A DNA stretch of 64,000 bases, from assembly GCF_018977255.1 (NCBI RefSeq), contig NW_024704742.1, positions 119,538,001-119,602,000 on the forward strand, written 5' to 3'. The notes under the pieces were generated by a model. It saw only the letters and a program-made list of their open reading frames with translations, did not search any database and was not told the DNA's origin. A program made the translations under genes and the position numbers. Origin of the DNA: Callorhinchus milii (Eukaryota). Numbering within the stretch: position 1 is the first letter of the stretch; each line of letters begins with the position of its first letter. This document shows, piece by piece, positions 14,275 through 26,177 of the stretch.

Positions 14275-14961
14275 AACAACAACAACAACAAGATTGCATT
14301 TATAGAGCGCCTTTCACGTCGAAAGGACGTCCCAAGGCGCTGGACAGTTGGGTCAGGACCCGAGCAGGGGGGAAATGGTCAGGGAGAGGGGAGGGAGGGA
14401 GCGAGGAGGGGGGAAATGGTCAGGGAGAGGGGAGGGAGGGAGCGAGGAGGGGGGAAATGGTCATGGTGAGGGGAGGGAAGGGAGGGAGGGAGGAGGGGGT
14501 AGAGAGTCGAGTGGGGAGCTGAAGGCACGGTTGAAGAGAAAGGTCTTGAGACCGGCCTTGAAGGAGGAAAGGGAGGAGGCGGCGAAGGCACTGGGGGATG
14601 GAGTTCCAGAGCCTAGGGGCTGAGAGGCTGAAGGCCCGGCCACCGATGGTAGGGCGGTTGGGGCGGGGGATGTGGAGCAGACCGGAGCCAGAGGAACGGA
14701 GGGTACGGGCAGGTAAATAGGGGTTAGTAGGTCGGAGAGGTAGGAGGGAGCAAGGCCGTGAATGGCCTTGTAGGTGAGGATGAGGATCTTGAATTCGATC
14801 CTCTGGGGGATGGGAAGCCAGTGGAGGCGAGTGAGGGTGGGAGTGATGTGGTCGCGAAGCCTGGTGCGGGACAGTACACGAGCTGCAGAGTTCTGAATGA
14901 CCTGCAGCTTGTGGAGGGAGGTGCCGGAAGGCCGGTGAAGAGAGAGTTCCCATAGTCCAGC
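14275..14961 (-). mobile_element. Young L2 LINE 3' fragment
   Basis: LQVIQNSAARVL and LHWLPIPQRIEFKIL motifs, 3' stem-loop and (TTG)n tail; nearly identical to the copies at 23 and 26 kb. Confidence 0.95.
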
Positions 14962-15544
14962 CATATCAAATGCCCCCTGGACGTCCCAAAATATATTATT
15001 TACTGTTTCTCTCTTGTCCACATCTGTTCTTAGCTCCTAAAAAATTCACTAGGCTCGCTTAGCATGACTTTGATTATCTCCAATACCTTTCCTTAACACT
15101 AAAGTCAAACCTCCTCCAGCTCTCCTTCAAAGTGCACTACAATACGACATTAGGGTTATCTCCTATCTCAAGGATAAGAGATGTTTCAGCCAGTGCTCTC
15201 GTTATTTCTTCCTTAACCATTAGGTTAAAGCAAACATTGACATTAATCATCATATTTGACAATTTGCCTATAATGCTGAAACATCTCAAAACATTTTAGT
15301 GGTATTGGTGTCAAGTGCTGCTACTGTGTATTTGTAGGAAAATAGCAACCATTTTCCGAAAGTCCCCCAAAAATCAATGAAGCGAACAAATAATTTATCT
15401 GGAGAATTGTAGGCCAGAACACCTTTCTCTTTTTACACCCACCTGAATAGGCAGACAGAACCTTGATTTAACATCTCATCCAAAGGATTGTAACAAATCT
15501 GATGCGAGGTAATGGTGCCCACCCAGCACAAGGCAATTAAGTTT

Positions 15545-16478
15545 GCAAAAAATGCACCAAATTGGGGGAAATCAGAGGAGGCAGCAAAGGTTGTATGTAT
15601 TATGCACATGGGCTGATGACTGGCAAGTGAAAGTTCCATACAGGTTAATGTAAGGCACTGCATAGTAGTAGTAAGAATGGGGAGCATATGTACTCCATGG
15701 ATGGAACAGAACTGCTCAGGGAAGCTGAAGAGATCTAGGGGTATTAGCTGATTCATTGTTCACCATGTCAAAGCAGTGAGAGGCAGCAACAAACAAGATA
15801 AACAGGAACAAAAACAGAAATCGCTGGGAACACTCAGCAGGTCAGGCAGCATCTATGGAAAAAGGAAAATGAGTCAACGTTTCGGGTCCACAACCCTTTG
15901 TCGTTAAACAAGATCCTGGGCTATATTGCCAAATGAGTTGAGCTTAGATCACCAAATGTCATACTCAACCTGTTCGGTGCCGTGGTCAGGCCACAGCTAA
16001 AGTGGTGCATAGAGTTCTTGTCATTGCAACATAAGCAGCCCAGGTCCAGAAGAGAACAAAGAGAATGATCCTCAGTGGTAGAATAAATGAGCTATGAGCA
16101 ATAATTTGTGAAGCTCGGGTTCTTCAGTCTTGAAAGGCGATAACTAGCTCATGCATATAGAGGCATGTAAGATTTCAAATAAGATCAAAAAAGTAATCTA
16201 AAACACTACTTTCAGATGCACTAAGATAGCAGAAGGAGTAGGTTAAGGACTGCAATGGGCAATTCTTGGACAGACTCCAGGAAGTATTTATTTAAACAGA
16301 GGATAATTAACAAATGGAACAGGTTACCAGAATTGGTTGTTGAGCGTTGGATACTGGACTCATTTTTTTTTAAAAAAAAGCTTTAATTATGTGATGGAAA
16401 GATGATAAGGTAAGGAATGATTAAATCAAACGGGCTGAAGGGCCCTCTTCATCCAAATTTGTTTAGTGATTTTATGAC
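15545..16478 (+). mobile_element. Old CR1 3' fragment interrupted by a 106-bp element
   Basis: DLGVL and VRPQLKWCIEF-like remnants; 3' end family shared with 31760-31965 and 54895-55080. Confidence 0.75.
15800..15905 (-). mobile_element. Short dispersed element, Penelope pseudo-LTR-like, with 9-bp target-site duplication
   Basis: Flanked by AAACAAGAT at 15791-15799 and 15906-15914; homologous to 9527-9640 and 32607-32720. Confidence 0.8.
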
Positions 16479-17213
16479 CACTGACATTGTAGAGCATCCC
16501 CCAGTATTGTACTGATGTGTCAGCCTGGACCATGAACTTAAGAATTCTCAAAGTGGAGCTTGAACCCAAAACATTTGACCTCAGGACTTGAGCTCACAGT
16601 CTAGGCTGACACTCTACTCCTTTTCTCCTTTGTAAATTGACTGACCTTTAAAGGTGTTCCCATTACAAATGTAAACCCTAACGATCAGTAAATTTAGCAT
16701 CAAGTGAGAATAACTCCTTTGCCTGTGAATAATCCCTTTGTTTTCTCTTTGGTGGAAGAAACGGGAATGGGATGCTGGCCATTCATCGTCTTGATAAAGT
16801 ATAGTTAAGTTGGAAGATTCAATAATTATGCCAATTTTCTAATCTGCATTGAATAGGCTGTGCCTATATTACTGAACTTGACAATTAGATGCCATGGTTG
16901 AAATACAAATACACCTTCAATTCTGATATTGCTCAATAAAAATATATACACTTGCCTCAGATCTCCGAAGCTTTGAAAACTCAGTTGAAATTAAAGTAGC
17001 TTGGTGATATCCATTTATACTGCAACAAAATCTTCACATATGTAAGTAGGTCACATATATAATATATGTGTACATGAAGCATTCCAATTCAGGCATAAGG
17101 GATGTTTGGACAGAGGGAAACTTGCTCAAACACCTTTGACTTTTTTTATTTAAAAAGTACTGTTTTGTGTCTAAGGTGAGAGATTTTTCTTAGCGTGTTG
17201 AGAAACACTTATT

Positions 17214-17706
17214 CTTTGCTGCACTGTGACGTTGGCATCTAAAAAGCGCTCTAGAGGCATGAGCACAAGGTACAGTTATTCTCCTCCATTTCTCTCTCCC
17301 AAAGGCAATGGCTCATGTTCTGCCATGCTTTTACCAGTGCTGTCTGCTCTCCAAGCTCCTGAAATTTGCAAGTGTCAAGGTGCATTAGCTGCAGGTACAG
17401 CACTTTACAACAAGTGTAACATTGCTATCAGAATAGAAATGACTGCCTTTCCCAGGTAATGGGGGTCTCAAAAGCTCTCCACTGCATCACTGCTGACAAA
17501 AACAAATTCTCCAGGGAATTCTCTAGTGTATACACAATAGTCCTCAGACTGGTTTTGATGAGGTCTCAGGTCTGAGCTGAAGTCTTGGGGCTCTGAATGC
17601 CATACAGGCGATCTGCTGGGGGTGCTTTTGTTTATGCCACGGATGTGATAACCAGTACTCATGCCTCTAGAATGCTTTTAGATGCCAACGTCATACTGCA
17701 GCAAAG
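17214..17706. mobile_element. MITE-like element with ~52-bp terminal inverted repeats
   Basis: 17214-17266 CTTTGCTGCACTGTGACGTTGGCATCTAAAAAGCGCTCTAGAGGCATGAG is the near reverse complement of 17656-17706; no coding capacity inside. Confidence 0.65.
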
Positions 17707-17761
17707 CTGGCTGAGCAGAATTATACCTCAGATTTTGCATACATAGAGCAGTGCAAAAGAC

Positions 17762-17910
17762 TGTGGCAAGTTTGGGGAGGACAAGTTTGCAGGGCTATGG
17801 GGAGAGAGCGGGGGATTGGGATTGAATTGGACAGCTCTTTTCAAAGAGCCGGCACAGACACGATGGGCCAAATGGCCTCCTTCTGTGCTGCATAATTCTA
17901 TGATTCTATG
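17762..17910 (+). mobile_element. CR1-type 3' tail as seen in shark LINE/SINE families
   Basis: GATGGGCCAAATGGCCTCCTTCTGTGCTG followed by (ATTCTATG)2; a reverse copy lies at 39864-40065. Confidence 0.85.
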
Positions 17911-19509
17911 GAGTTGATTGAATATTCTCTTTGTGCTATCAGAACATGTTTGGGCATTTCTGGCACTCTATAGATTTTAGTTTGCAAAATTTGCCCTAAG
18001 GTCAAGTTAGTCAATAGTCCCACAAACACAATACATCTTTGACATAGACAAGTAACATTACCTTCAGTGTTCATCAGGAACTCAAGAGCTTGTCTGCATC
18101 GTCTGAGTTTGCGGACATTAAGTCACATAGCAACTGGAAATGTAATCCAAGAATGCTGTAGAGCGAGCAGGCTGGGTCACAATCCATATTCGAACCAATC
18201 TCACATGAGGATCAACAATCATTCTCCACATGACGCTTATTGAAAAGCTGCGTTTGTCAAACATGATCTGAAAATAACTAATTTACTCAACCACAGGGTC
18301 TGCCAGTGTTCCGAGGTACTGTGGAGAAAAAAATGACTGAAAACGCAGTCAAAGAGAAAGGTCTTGAGACAGACTGTGAAGAAGCCGAGGGAAGAGCCAA
18401 GTCAAAGGGACTCTGTGATGGAGTTTCAGAGGGTGGGGATAGATATGCTGAAAAGTCTGACCACAATGATGAGGTGGGGGACATGAAGCAGGATGATGCC
18501 CACTGAGTGGTGGGAGCGGCTAGATCTATCGGTTTGAAAAGGCTTTTTAATTATATATTAATAATTAGCATATTATTCCACTGAGCGTTAACTCTGCAAA
18601 ATATCAAATTAAACAGAGTTGGTAAAACCTAACGTAAAACAGTTTCACCAGAAGGCTTGATGTGCTGAATGCCGTACTCCTGTTTGTAGGCTCACAACTA
18701 ATGTTGGTTCCAACACAATACTTCACTCTTCATTAATGTTGGATCCAAACCAATCCTTCATTCTTCACTACAGAGCAAATCTGGCTGTCGTGACCATCTA
18801 TTTAACAGAATGGAAGCCACAAACGTTTATCTGACTTTAGATTCAGTGTTTTGAATTGCTGTAACACTGCTAATTCCCACCAGAAGCTATGATGACTGAG
18901 GGAGCTTGCTTCTCACCAGCTCACAGATTATTACGACATTTTGTTTGTTCTGATGAATGATTCGGATGGTAGAAAATTGGTTTCTTACTGAACCTGAACA
19001 GATTCCATTAACAGAAATAAACTTAGTTCATTTTAAAAAGATTCCAGATAAATCTTTCCATAGAATATAAAATGAATATTTATGAACCTTCAATCTTCAA
19101 AGCAGCAGACAAGATAGCAGTATATATATATATAATCACAGTAAATGGGAGACTTCCTCTCACCATTTCTGGATAGAATATATAGGCACACTTCTGTGTG
19201 CACGGACAACTCACACACCACACACACACACAGTAAAAGCTTTTGGATTCCTTTACCAGAGAGAGAAGTTACCCCCACCTTGGAATCTTTTAATTATTTT
19301 AAAGATTTGAATCATCTTTTCATTTTAAACGATTCAAATAACCCCATCTCTAGGAAATGTAACTCAAGTCCAGCCTCTAATCATAGTTAAACTCCGTCAT
19401 CCTAGGTATTAGTCTGGTAAACCATTACTGAATGTCCTCCAAGGCTAATATAGCCTTCCTAAGATTGGGCTCCAAAAACTGAATACACATTTGCTACCTT
19501 CCAACCCAA

Positions 19510-20392
19510 AAAGATTGTAACAGGATATAGATAGGCTTGGGGAGTCGGCAAGTAGGTGGCAGATGGAATTTAATGTGGGGAAGTATGAAGTTATTCACCT
19601 AGGTAGCAAAAATAGAAAAAACGATTATTTTCTAGAGGGGGAGAGATTAGATAGTGTTAGTGTTCAGAGGGATTTGGGTGTCCTTGTACACCAGTCTCAA
19701 AAAGTTAGTTTGCAGGTGCAGCAAGCAACTAAGAAGGCGAACGGCATGTTAGCATTCATTGCAAAAGGTTTAGAGTGCAAGAGTAGGGAAGTTTTGCTGC
19801 AACTGTATTGGGCCTAAGTGAGACCTCACCTAGAATATTGTGTGCAGTTTTGGTCTCCTTATTTAAAAAAGGACATACTTGCCTTAGAGGGGGTGCAGCG
19901 TAGATTCACTCGGTTAGTTCCTGGGATGAGGGGACTGACCTATGAGGATAGGCTGAATAAACTAAGGCTGTATTCTCTAGAGTATAGAAGAATTAGGGGA
20001 GATCTTATTGAAACATATAAGATTCTTAAAGGGCTGATAAAGTAGACACTGAGGGTCTGTTTCCCCTGGTAGGAGAATCTATAACCAGGGGTCACAGTCT
20101 TAAAATTAAGGGTCAGCCTTTTAGAACAGAGTTGAGGAAACATTTCTTCACTCAGAGGGTAGTGAATTTATGGAATTCACTACCCCAGAAGGCTATAGAT
20201 GCTCAGTCCTTGAACATCTTCAAGGCTGAGACTGATAGATTTTTAAAAAATAGAGGGATTAGGGGATATGGGGATAGGGCAGGTAATTAGAGTTAGGTCA
20301 GAAGATCAGCCATGATCTTATTGAATGGCGGAGCAGGCACGAGGGGCCGAATGGCCTACTCCTGCTCCTAATTCTGATGTTCTTATGTTCTA
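19510..20392 (+). mobile_element. CR1 LINE 3' fragment with 3' UTR
   Basis: [22 protein letters not shown] and [10 protein letters not shown] motifs; tail GGGCCGAATGGCCTACTCCTGCTCCT followed by ATGTTCT-type repeats. Confidence 0.95.
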
Positions 20393-22624
20393 GAATGGAT
20401 CGGAATTATTCTAGAAAACAGAGAGTTTTGGAAGATTATAACAAATGCATGTAACATTTCTTCATTCATTTTTTCTAATACTCCAGGGCTGGAAACCATC
20501 ACAACGTGGAGATTTGTCTGACTTTCGTATCACTAAATGTATCTACTGCATTCTTTTAAAAAATTAATTCCTGTACATTTTCCACTTCATTATTCTCTGT
20601 TCTTTGCTGTATCGCTGGTAGCAAACAGTCCATCTCCTTTGTGAAGGCTGAAGCAAAATATTGTCATGACAACATCCTCAAGATGATGTAGAACATCAAA
20701 GGAAAAATATACTAAAAAGAAAACAAAATGAAATGGATACCCAGCAGAGAGTACACTGAAAGGGAATATTTTTATGGAATGCATAATATAAAAATAATAC
20801 AGGCAGGTGGTTTGTATTCAGTTGAATGCTGTCTAGTTCACTTGCAGGTTTACCTGTTAGAAAGGACACAGCTGTCAGCTTCACACAGGGAAGGTGCATT
20901 TTATTACAAGTTGCCATGAATTCAACCATTACCCAAGTTTAAAGATCCTGAGTGTTGCAGATCAGGGAGAAAGAGGCATTGCTGGTTAGTGGAGTACCAG
21001 AGACTGAATGTACCACTTCATGTCGCAAGAAGCTGAGTGGAAGGACAAAGCAATGTGTTTCCCGAGGTCATGGAAGTTCAAAAGAATTAACAATGCCAGC
21101 TATCAATACTTACAGAGTCAGTAATCAAATAGCCTATGTCTGGAACAAGCTTGGCCCTCCATCTCAACGGAAACAAGTATATACTTGCCTGAGAAGCCTT
21201 GAATTTTAAGGTTCAAAAGTTATATCTGCCTTGGCCAGTAAGCATCAATGAGATTGAATCACCAGTTCCCATTTACTTTGCATCAAATCTATGAAATCAA
21301 TGGAAGAAATAAAAATCCAAAGGCCTGGGCATCACAACAGGGACTTGAGATTCAACAAGCGAAATCCCAGTTCTGATGCAGAACTTTAGATGTCAGAGTT
21401 TTACAGGTGAAGTGAAGAAATCCTTGATTAAATAAAGCTTCAAAAAGACTAGTCTGTTCAGAAACGGCTTGTGAGAATGGCGCTCTCATGCTGATATATT
21501 CTGTTGCAATGACCATTTCTGAGTTGTAATTGGCATGATGATGTTTGCCACCCACTAGTATCTGTTTATTTATTTATCACCTAAAGGGGAATTGTCACAT
21601 GTCTTTAATCTCTCTGACACGCTACCCTGCTTGGAAGGCGCTATATAAGCGCAAGTTGTTGTTGTTGTTGGACGTAAAACCCTTTCTAAATATGGCTAGC
21701 ATTTAAGGTCTGTATCTCAAAGAGAGTGGACAATGATTGCATTAAAGTCTTACAAATCCTTGAGTATAAAAAAATGAAACGAAACTTCTTGAAGCATCTC
21801 TTCCAAGTTGGGCCAAAACATTACACATCTTAATGGAAAAGATAAGAAGGCAGAATAAGAGATCTGTGGAAAATAGATTGATAACCTTCCCTTCACAGGC
21901 AGTGGAATTCCTACAACCTTAATATAATAGTACAATCCGAAGGAATCTCAGATGTAACACACTGCCGGATGGATAAAATCACATACCTGGATAATGTCAC
22001 ATGCATGCACGCACACATCTGAAAAGGTTTTGTTGACATCACAATTCCACTCCACTTCATATTGTTGCATATTGCCAAGAATCCTGACACTATAACCCTT
22101 ATCAACATTTCCCCCTACTAAAGGGAATTGGTTTTCCAGTAATGGAAATAGTTTGCTTGTGATCTTTCAAAAAATGTCTTGCTCAGGTAAATAAAGGTTT
22201 TAGAAGGAATCGTTTTCTTCTATTTCTAGAGTGAATACATTGAACCAGAAGTCCTCCTCCTGTTTTGTTCCCTTTTAACTATTTTTGCACAGATCAGGTG
22301 TTTTAAGTCCAAATTAAAAATAAAATCAACTGGGCAGCAATCAATCCCCTTCACTCCTTCTCAAATGCACCCAATCGGAAATTCAGTGGTTTAGTGGAAA
22401 CAGGAGTAATTTGAATGAAGAAGGCCCTCTGGATGTTTCTGATCACATCCCTTAGAATATCCATCCTACCCTTTCCCTATCAGTCTGTTTTTTGAACAAG
22501 TCCAGCTGCCTGAACCCAGCCATCCTTCCTGGCAAACTGTTCCTATCATTAATTAACCTCTGTGTAACAAAAAAACTGTCCTGAAATTGTCCTTTAGAAC
22601 TTATGTCTCTGTGTTCTACACAAT

Positions 22625-23968
22625 CAGTCGGGTTTCCGTGCTGCCCATAGCACAGAAACCTGCCCTGGTCAAGGTCACCAATGACATCTTGACCATCTGC
22701 GACCAGGGCTCCCTCTGCCTCCTCGTCCTCCTCGACCTATCGGCCGCATTCGATACGGTCGACCACGCTATCCGCCTCCACTGCTTGTCCTCCCACCTCA
22801 ACCTTTAAGGCCCTGTCCTTGAGTGGTTTAGGTTGTACCTCTCCCACCGTCTTCATTTTGTTTCCACAAACCGCTTTTCCTCCGGCCCCCGCACTGTCTC
22901 GTGCGGTGTCCCTCAGGTCCCCTCCTCTTCACCCTCTATATGCTCCCCCTTGGTGACATCATCCGCAGACATGGGGTTAACTTCCACATGTATGCGGATG
23001 ACACCCAACTCTATCTTTCCTCCTCTACCCTCAACTCCACGACCACCGATGTCCTGACAGCTGCCTGTCCGACATCGAGTCCTGGTCGAGAGAAAACTTT
23101 CTTCAGCTCAACGTGCGCAAAACTGAGGCCCTCCTGATTGGCTCACGTCAGCGCCTCCGCACCTCAGGCGCTGACAGCATTAGCATCCAAGGCTGCACTC
23201 TCCACCTCTCAAAGCCAGTCAGGAACCTCGGGGTTCTGTTCGACCCTGAGCTGTCCTTTCTCCCTCATATCCGCGCCACAACTGGCACCGCCTTCCATCA
23301 CCTCCGAAACATCGCCAGACTACGGCACTACCTCACCCCTCACGCTGCTGAAACTCTGGTCCACTCCTTTATCACCTCAAGGCTGGACTATGGGAACTCT
23401 CTCCTCGTCGGCCTTCCCGCCACCTCCCTCCACAAGCTGCAGGTCATTCAGAACTCTGCAGCTCGTGTACTGTCCCGCACCAGGCTTCGGGACCACATCA
23501 CTCCCACCCTCGCTCGCCTCCACTGGCTCCCCATCCCCCAGAGGATCGAATTCAAGATCCTCATCCTCACCTACAAGGCCATTCACGGTCTTGCTCCCTC
23601 CTACCTCTCCGACCTACTATCCCCCTACTTACCTGCCCGTACCCTCGATTCCTCTGGCTCCGGTCTGCTGCACATCCCCCGCCCCAACATCGGTGGCCGG
23701 GCCTTCAGCCTCTCAGCCCCGAGGCTCTGGAACTCTATCCCCCAGTGCCTTCGCCGCCTCCTCCCTTTCCTCCTTCAAGGCCGGTCTCAAGACCTTTCTC
23801 TTCGACCGTGCCTTCAGCTCCCCTCCCGACTCTCTACCCCCTCCTCGCTCCCTCCCTTCACCCTGACCATTTACCCCCTGCTCAGATCCCGACGCAACTG
23901 TCCAGCTCCTTGGGACATCCTCCCGACGTGAAAGGCGCTCTATAAATGAAATCTTGTTGTTGTTGTCT
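22625..23968 (+). mobile_element. Young L2 LINE, 5'-truncated
   Basis: [21 protein letters not shown] and ITSRLDYGNSLL motifs; ends with AAAGGCGCTCTATAAATGAAATC(TTG)n. Confidence 0.96.
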
Positions 23969-25937
23969 TGTTGTCTCACATAATTTGACAAAGGTAAAAC
24001 ATTCTATAGGACTCCCTCATAGAACCATAGAAAATTACAGTGGAGAAGGCCATGAGGACCATTGTCCAGGTATAAAACCTCCTAGAAGTAGTCATTTATT
24101 ATGTTCACTATCTTCTGTTCATTCTCTTTCTCAACATCCTTTAGGGTTTAAACATCTTTTAACTTTTTACTATTATAATAAAAAAAATTTAAGCACTTGC
24201 TGCTATATCCCTTTCTAGAGAATAGCGAGAGGGAGTGGGAGAGAGTGGGGTAGAAGAGATAAGAGAAACAAAATGAGAGAAAGGAGAGCGAGAGAAGATA
24301 ATTTGTGCTTTCTTAAACTCCTAAATGGCAGCTGTAAAACAAAGGCCTAGAAATGAGATTTAGAGAAATAATGGCATATAAACCATTTGACCCACTGAGC
24401 TTGTGTTGTTGCTAGCTCTACCATTGTAACTAACTCCAGTCTCAGTCCCCTTTTCTCTCTCTCCTGACCTATTTACATTGTTAATTGTGTGTCACGGTAA
24501 TGAAGTAGAGAATTGAAGTCCCAAAACAAAGTGTACAAAATATTTTGGGAAGAGGAGGGGTATATATATACATATATAAAAAAAATTAAAACTGGAATTT
24601 TTAAAACCAGATTTTAACTGGGTCAGGAATAAATTCCTCAACAAATTTGCCAAATGATGGGTTTGAATTAGAATTTTGTTTACACAATTTTCGTTTAGCA
24701 ATTCAATATGAAATAGAAATAAATCTAATTTATACAAAACTAGTTTTCTAAAACTCCCCCCAGCCCCCAGTGTAATTTAGGAGAGAATAGTTTGCACATA
24801 CATTAGTGCAACTGTTGTTAAATCTTGATATTTAGAGATTTCTTGCTTCGGGTTAGGATATCCAAGCAACAGCAGTTAATGGGGGCATTATGCTAGACTT
24901 GAACAATACAACAAGTCCCATTTTCTAAAATAATAATTAAAAAATAATGAAGAATAAATAATGTTTTCTTAGGACCCGGAGGTGTCAATTGAATGTTTGT
25001 ACCTATAATATTTTTTGTCACTTAAATTACATTGCCAATTAGTTACTGTATGAATATACGTGGCTATGACTTTCACACATTATTCTGTCTCTGGCTTCAG
25101 CATGAAATACCAAAGACTAGCCATAAGCAACGTGCAAAGCATTCAAGTGTCATGTACAGTATGTTTATAATTAACTGCCCTAATGACAGCACTATTTCCA
25201 ATTCCATGACAGAATCCAGACCCCTCACTTGTCTGTTACTGCAGTGTACAGAGTTATAACAGGATTATTTTTAAGCCCGTCCAACATTTCTGTTCATATG
25301 ACTGTCACAATTCTTGCATAGCGGGACATTAATTCTCCGAGGATTGGTCTTTCTGCTGCTGGAAGAGGGGAGAGAGAGGAAAGCACATCATCTGTAAAGG
25401 GTTGGAAGATAACTGAATATTCTGCTCGATTACCTTTGGGGGATCAGGAAACATTAGCCCACAAGCTTACCTAAGGCAACTGAATGGCTGGACTAGTCTA
25501 TGATAAAATAGACGTCCATAGATTGTTTATAGTATGTGGAAGGAGGAGAAGCTGTGGGGCAAAAAATCATTTTTCATCTTTGACCTTCCAATATGGAGAC
25601 ACTCAAAACAATAGCCAAAATTATATCATGAAAAATGAACAGAGCATTTATTGCATAAGATTAGCTTTAATGACACACATAGTAACCTAATGAAGAAAAA
25701 CTTCTGGTATGTGCAAATTTATTGGTACAATTACAAGACTTTGTACAGTAGAATATATATCTGCACAACAATTATCCATTGATCCACATGCGGCAGCAAG
25801 ATACCAACACAAAACACCACTGTGCGCATGTGAAGTTCTACACGACACTCAAGGTTTCTGGAAACATACTGCCCCAGCTATACCAAGGGAAAGGATGAGC
25901 ATAATCATACAACAGTCAGTATAACTACAGATGGAAC

Positions 25938-26172
25938 AATGTGGAATTTTGTGGAATTCTCTACCGCAGAAGGCTGTGGATACTCAGTCCTTCAACATAT
26001 TCAAGACTGAGGTTGATAGATTTCTAAAGGATGGAGGGATTAAGGGATATGGGGATAGGGCGGGTAAATGGAATTAGGTTAGACGATCAGCCATGATCTT
26101 ATCAAATGGCGGGACAGGCTTGAGGGGCTGAATGGCCTACTCCTGCTCCTACATCTTACGGTTTATTATGTT
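25938..26172 (+). mobile_element. CR1 3' end of the same family as 19510-20392
   Basis: Aligns by eye to 20160-20390, including GATCAGCCATGATCTTAT and AATGGCCTACTCCTGCTCCT. Confidence 0.9.
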
Positions 26173-26177
26173 TTGAT

